Shown piece by piece: positions 62,903-64,000 of a stretch of DNA of 64,000 bases (position 1 is its first letter; each line of letters begins with the position of its first letter). The stretch comes from Candidatus Margulisbacteria bacterium GWF2_35_9 (GTDB lineage Bacteria > Margulisbacteria > Riflemargulisbacteria > GWF2-35-9): the NCBI GenBank assembly GCA_001783275.1, contig MFRH01000061.1, forward strand, positions 11,524-75,523, written 5' to 3'. A program made the translations under genes and the position numbers. The notes below the pieces were generated by a model. It saw only the letters and a list, made by a program, of their open reading frames with translations. It was not told the origin of the DNA and ran no database searches.

Positions 62903-64000
62903 ATCGGTTGATCAAAATAATGATACCATTGCTGCTATCTCAACTCCATCTGGTATTGGTGGAATTGGAATAATCCGTATATCGGGTAATAAATCATATA
63001 GCATTTTGAATAAGATATTCGTTAATAATAAGAAAGAACATATATACATAGATAATGAAAGAATGGTTTTTCATGGCTGGATTATCGATACGAATAGTGA
63101 ATTTATAGATGAAGTTCTGTGCTTCTATATGAAAGCACCAAGAAGCTATACGGGAGAAGATATGGTTGAGATCCAATGTCATGGTGGCAATATCTCTTGT
63201 AAGCAGATCCTAAGTATCACAATTCAACAAGGTTGCAGACTTGCAGAAAAAGGTGAGTTTATTTATCGTGCTTACCAAAACAAGAAGGTGACATTGGATA
63301 AAGTAGAAGCTACTTTACAATTAATTAACGCTGATAACAATATTGAATATTTTTCAGCGGTTGATGTAATGTCTGGAAAATATGCGAAATTCATTGAAAA
63401 TATATTTATAAATGTAGCTGACTATACCATGAATATTCGATTATATCCTGATAATTTTTTGGAAAAAAATAATATAATTCAGATGATTATTAACGAAATT
63501 AATATGGAACTAAAAAAATATGACGATATTTGTTATTTAAGAAATGGATATACAATACCTATTGTTGGAAAAACAAATGTTGGAAAATCCCAATTATTTA
63601 ATTTGTTGATTGGAGAAGAAAAAGCAATTGTGTGTGATGAATCGGGCACAACGCGGGATCCTGTTGAGACAAAAATTTATGATTTAAACTATAACATTCA
63701 ATATAAATTAATTGATACGGCCGGAATAACACAATCGGTGTCAAAGGCAGAGAAGTTGGCAATAAAGAAAACAAAAGAATTAATTCGTAATTCACCAATG
63801 GTCATTTTTTTGACAAATCATTTGGAGCTAGACAACATTGAAAAGGATATTATTAAGTTGTCTCAAAATCATATGGGAGTATCGTTTAAAAAAGAAGTAG
63901 CGGAGAAGCATGTATATCAATTTGTTTCAAAAAATAATTTAAATACTATTGAATATCTTAAAAATAAAATTGCTCTAATTATCGAGCAACAAATGAATTC
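62882..64000 (+). CDS. MnmE/TrmE-like GTPase, partial (runs off the window; not in the ORF track because no stop lies in the window)
   Basis: Read directly: MQIYPVESVDQNNDTIAAISTPSGIGGIGIIRISG...EDMVEIQCHGG...GKTNVGKSQLFNLL...TTRD. GGGGG SD. 21-nt overlap with the creatininase-family gene. Confidence 0.65.

Overview
Low-GC Firmicutes (Clostridia) chromosomal window. Dockerin-bearing secreted proteins point to a Ruminococcaceae/Oscillospiraceae-type organism, but that is inference. Roughly the first 31 kb is ordinary core genome: aconitase 3' end, icd, MATE, a UPF0210/ACT pair, Crp, GT2, asnS, an aminotransferase, a secreted-protein operon, cysE, dacA-like, tRNA-Arg, a Csp3-like protein, xerC-like, smpB and tmRNA. 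Immediately after the tmRNA (ssrA) lies an accessory tract. It begins with a decayed serine-recombinase fragment fused head-to-head to a 5'-truncated hsdM, followed by hsdS, hsdR, a ygjP-like gene and a PD-(D/E)xK protein. A heterodimeric ABC exporter pair follows. Then comes a very AT-rich island (~44.4-55.0 kb) carrying an 'HPr-rel-A / lasso-like' peptide-modification operon. That operon encodes an HprK-related kinase, an S24/S26-type peptidase, a PqqD/RRE protein, a radical SAM-SPASM maturase and a PF14907-like nucleotidyltransferase. A divergent wHTH protein and an overlapping 40-aa candidate precursor peptide sit beside it, and a giant CE4+GHL10 protein abuts groES directly. After groESL there is a second tightly coupled operon: a short DAHP synthase, four tandem radical SAM-SPASM enzymes, a PqqD-like protein, a creatininase (MftE-like) protein and an MnmE-like GTPase that runs off the window. 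No precursor for this second operon was found in the window. Two families of conserved, covarying structured noncoding elements recur in intergenic regions. Family 1 has three copies (before icd, before the ACT gene, and a degenerate one after dacA). Family 2 has two copies (before the UPF0210 gene and before a CBM9-like gene). No CRISPR array or rRNA was seen.
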